From the NCBI RefSeq assembly GCF_028368995.1, contig NZ_JAQNDL010000001.1, positions 128,001-192,000 of the forward strand: 64,000 nt of DNA, given 5' to 3'. Source of the stretch: Nannocystis bainbridge. Lineage in GTDB: Bacteria; Myxococcota_A; Polyangia; Nannocystales; Nannocystaceae. The first letter of the stretch is position 1. Each line of letters opens with the position of its first letter. The notes under the pieces are model-generated. The model saw nothing but the letters and a program-made list of their open reading frames with translations, was not told the DNA's origin and made no database searches. Shown here piece by piece: positions 61,895 through 64,000 of this stretch. The position numbers and the translations under genes were made by a program.

Positions 61895-63031
61895 TCACCG
61901 GCCCGCGGCGCCCTCGCCCCGCGGGCCGGCGCGCGTCAGGCCCCTGGCCGCGCCGATGCAGTGCTTCAGCGCCTCGCGCAGCGTGGCGAACACGTGGATC
62001 CCGCGCATGTCGACGCCGAGAGTGACGATCGTCTGGGCGATGTTCGGGTTGATGCCGGTGATGACGCCCTCGGCGCCGAGCAGGCGGATCGCGCGGATCA
62101 TCCCGATCAAGTGGTTCGCCGTCGACGTGTCGACCACCTCGATCCCCGTCATGTCGAGGATCGCGTGCCGCGCCCGCATGCGGGCCACGTGCTGCAGCAA
62201 GCTGTCCATGATCTCCGCCGTGCGCACGCTGTCGACCAGGCCGATGATCGGCAGCGCCAGCACGCCCTCCCACACCTCGATGATCGGCGTCGACAGCTCG
62301 TGGATCACCCGCTGTTGCCGCTCGATCAGCTCGAGCTTCTCGAGCAGCTCCCGCTCGCGCGCGCGCGTGGCCGTGACCTCGAGCGAGATCGTCACCAGAC
62401 CCGCGTCGCTGCCCGGCAGCACCGGGATGTGCCAGTTCTCCCAGATCTTTCCGAACTCCTCGAGCGCCGTCATCGGCATGATCTCGCCGGCCAGGCCGCG
62501 GCGGATGAACTCCGCGGAGGCCGCGTTGCCGTACAGCGCGAACGCGTTCTGACCGACGAATTGATTGGGCGCGATGCCGACCGACTCGAGCCCCTTGCCC
62601 TCGACCAGCAGGTACGTCCCCTCGCGGTCGAACACGCTGACCACCGTCGGCAAGTGACTGAGGAACGCCCGCAGCGCCGCCTGCTCGATCTGCACCCGCT
62701 TCTCGGCCGCCACCGCCGCCGTCACCTCGCGCCCGTAGCAGACCACCCCGACGCGCGTGCCCGCCTCGTCGTGCACCGGCGCCGGCGACCACTCGAACAC
62801 CCGCCCGTCCGTCAGCGTCGTCCGCAGCGGCCCCGCGTAGCTGTCCTCCAGGACAGCTCGCCAATCACCGCCGCGCGTCGGCGCCAGCTCGGCGACGACG
62901 CGTCCGACCGCCTCGTCGCGCGCCACGCCCAGCAGCTGCTCGGCGCTCTCGTTCCACTCGTCGATCCGCAGCTCCAGATCGAAGCCGACCACCACGAAGG
63001 GGACGCGATGCCTCCCTGCCCGTCTTTCCAT
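61895..63031 (-). CDS. PAS-PAS-STAS protein (RsbR-like)
   Basis: WNESAEQLLG (PAS), ELSTPIIEVWEGVLALPIIG, LDMTGIEVVDT, ITGINP.IAQTIV.LG. Confidence 0.92.
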   Translation of the reverse strand: MERRAGRHRVPFVVVGFDLELRIDEWNESAEQLLGVARDEAVGRVVAELAPTRGGDWRAVLEDSYAGPLRTTLTDGRVFEWSPAPVHDEAGTRVGVVCYGREVTAAVAAEKRVQIEQAALRAFLSHLPTVVSVFDREGTYLLVEGKGLESVGIAPNQFVGQNAFALYGNAASAEFIRRGLAGEIMPMTALEEFGKIWENWHIPVLPGSDAGLVTISLEVTATRARERELLEKLELIERQQRVIHELSTPIIEVWEGVLALPIIGLVDSVRTAEIMDSLLQHVARMRARHAILDMTGIEVVDTSTANHLIGMIRAIRLLGAEGVITGINPNIAQTIVTLGVDMRGIHVFATLREALKHCIGAARGLTRAGPRGEGAAGR

Positions 63032-63187
63032 CGCCGTATTGGAGCACACCGGCGGCGGCGCTCGCCGCGGAAACCGGGCCGCGCGTCCGCCCCGGCCTCA
63101 CGCGGGGCGGGCCGTCCGTGCTGCCGCGGAGCACCGCGCGCCAGCCCGCCGCACTTCGCCCGACACGCGCGCCTGGAACAGGTTGCA

Positions 63188-63239
63188 GAACATGTTCTGC
63201 ATAACATGTCCTGGAGGACATGTCATGCAGGACATGTCC
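63188..63239. repeat. 14-bp-period array (4 near-perfect units)
   Basis: 63188 gaacatgttc, 63202 taacatgtcc, 63216 ggacatgtca, 63230 ggacatgtcc; abuts the stop codon at 63240. Confidence 0.93.
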
Positions 63240-64000
63240 TCAGAACGCGTGCTCGCTCTGCAGGTACAGCGCTCCGCCTTCCTTGCCGAAGCCGCCCTCG
63301 ACGCGGAACACCACGAAGCGGTCCCAGATCAGCAGCAGGCCCGGCCCGCCGGACACGTACCAGTGCTTGAGCATGTCGGCCATCGTCTGGGACACCAGGC
63401 CGGCCTCGGCGAACAGCTCGAGCCCGAGCCCGAGCGTGTGGCGGCGGATCTTCAGCTCGACCGGCGCGAACCGCAGCTCGAACCCCGCCGTCGCCTTGTG
63501 CTTGCCGATGAAGCGGCGGCGGCCGAACCCGCGGCCGACGTACGCCCCGCCGTAGGCCTCCATCGGGAACAGCCCGCCGAACTCGCCGAGCGTCATCAGC
63601 GGCGGCTCGCCCCACAGCGTGTCGAACGTGAGCCGGTGGGCCAGCACGATCTTCGACTGCCCGAGCGTCCAGTAGTGGCGCATCGACCCGTGGAAGCGGC
63701 CCCAGTTCGACGACGACCCGGTCCACTTGCCCGACGCGTCGAACGTCACGTCGATGAGGCTGCCCTCGGTCGGGCTCCAGTCGTTGTCGCGGCTGTCCCA
63801 CGTCACCCCGAGGCGGACGTAGCCGCGGCGCCACGTGCCCTCCGCGCTCGGCAGCTCCTCCAACAGGCGGGAGTTCGGCGCCCCCTTGATCACGTCGACG
63901 TAATAGAAGATCCCCGAGTAGTGGCGCAGCGTCCCGGGCGCCCGCCCTGGCCGCTCGAGGGTGTAGAGCGGGTGCTCGAACGTGAACCACCCGCCCCAGT
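63240..64000 (-). CDS. Omp85/BamA-TamA family beta-barrel protein, 5'-truncated by window edge
   Basis: Frame open to the edge; WDSRDNDWSPTEG, GRGF..RRF motif, ELR, alternating beta-strand pattern, terminal Phe. Confidence 0.75.
   Translation of the reverse strand, partial: WGGWFTFEHPLYTLERPGRAPGTLRHYSGIFYYVDVIKGAPNSRLLEELPSAEGTWRRGYVRLGVTWDSRDNDWSPTEGSLIDVTFDASGKWTGSSSNWGRFHGSMRHYWTLGQSKIVLAHRLTFDTLWGEPPLMTLGEFGGLFPMEAYGGAYVGRGFGRRRFIGKHKATAGFELRFAPVELKIRRHTLGLGLELFAEAGLVSQTMADMLKHWYVSGGPGLLLIWDRFVVFRVEGGFGKEGGALYLQSEHAF

Overview
Very GC-rich chromosomal window, most likely from a myxobacterium (phylum Myxococcota). This is inferred from a MYXO-CTERM-like sorting tail, a DUF1592/DUF1552 pair, FHA/PP2C/pseudokinase signalling genes and a long Pro-rich IF2 linker. 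Positions 2.5-35 kb are a minus-strand housekeeping block: rimP-nusA-ylxR-infB-rbfA-truB-rpsO-pnp-dut, a pseudokinase, purC, purF, prfB (programmed +1 frameshift), two lolC/E genes-lolD-bamA-skp-skp-fabZ, an FHA/sigma54-type regulator, and folP-cdaA-cdaR-glmM. Positions 35-64 kb hold accessory genes: nitrilase, ECF sigma/anti-sigma, epimerase, deaminase, PP2C/FHA, secreted proteins, an HTTM pair, a metallopeptidase, dacB, DUF2167, a lipid kinase, a two-component system, a PAS-STAS protein and a partial Omp85 gene. I recognised no rRNA, tRNA, CRISPR array, integrase or transposase. The most striking unexplained signal is a dispersed family of degenerate palindromic 10-mers (consensus about GGACATGTCC) repeated at an exact 14-bp period with free 4-nt spacers, equivalent to TGTCC-N4-GGACA. 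These arrays occur just downstream of stop codons and also inside many coding sequences, where they shape the peptide of linkers and loops. Other notable points are a four-copy GWEDPxxEIxxLR motif inserted in both LolC/E proteins, the absence of lpxD/lpxA/lpxB from the bamA-skp-fabZ cluster, and an enhancer-binding protein lacking the GAFTGA loop. All calls come from reading motifs by eye; no searches were run.
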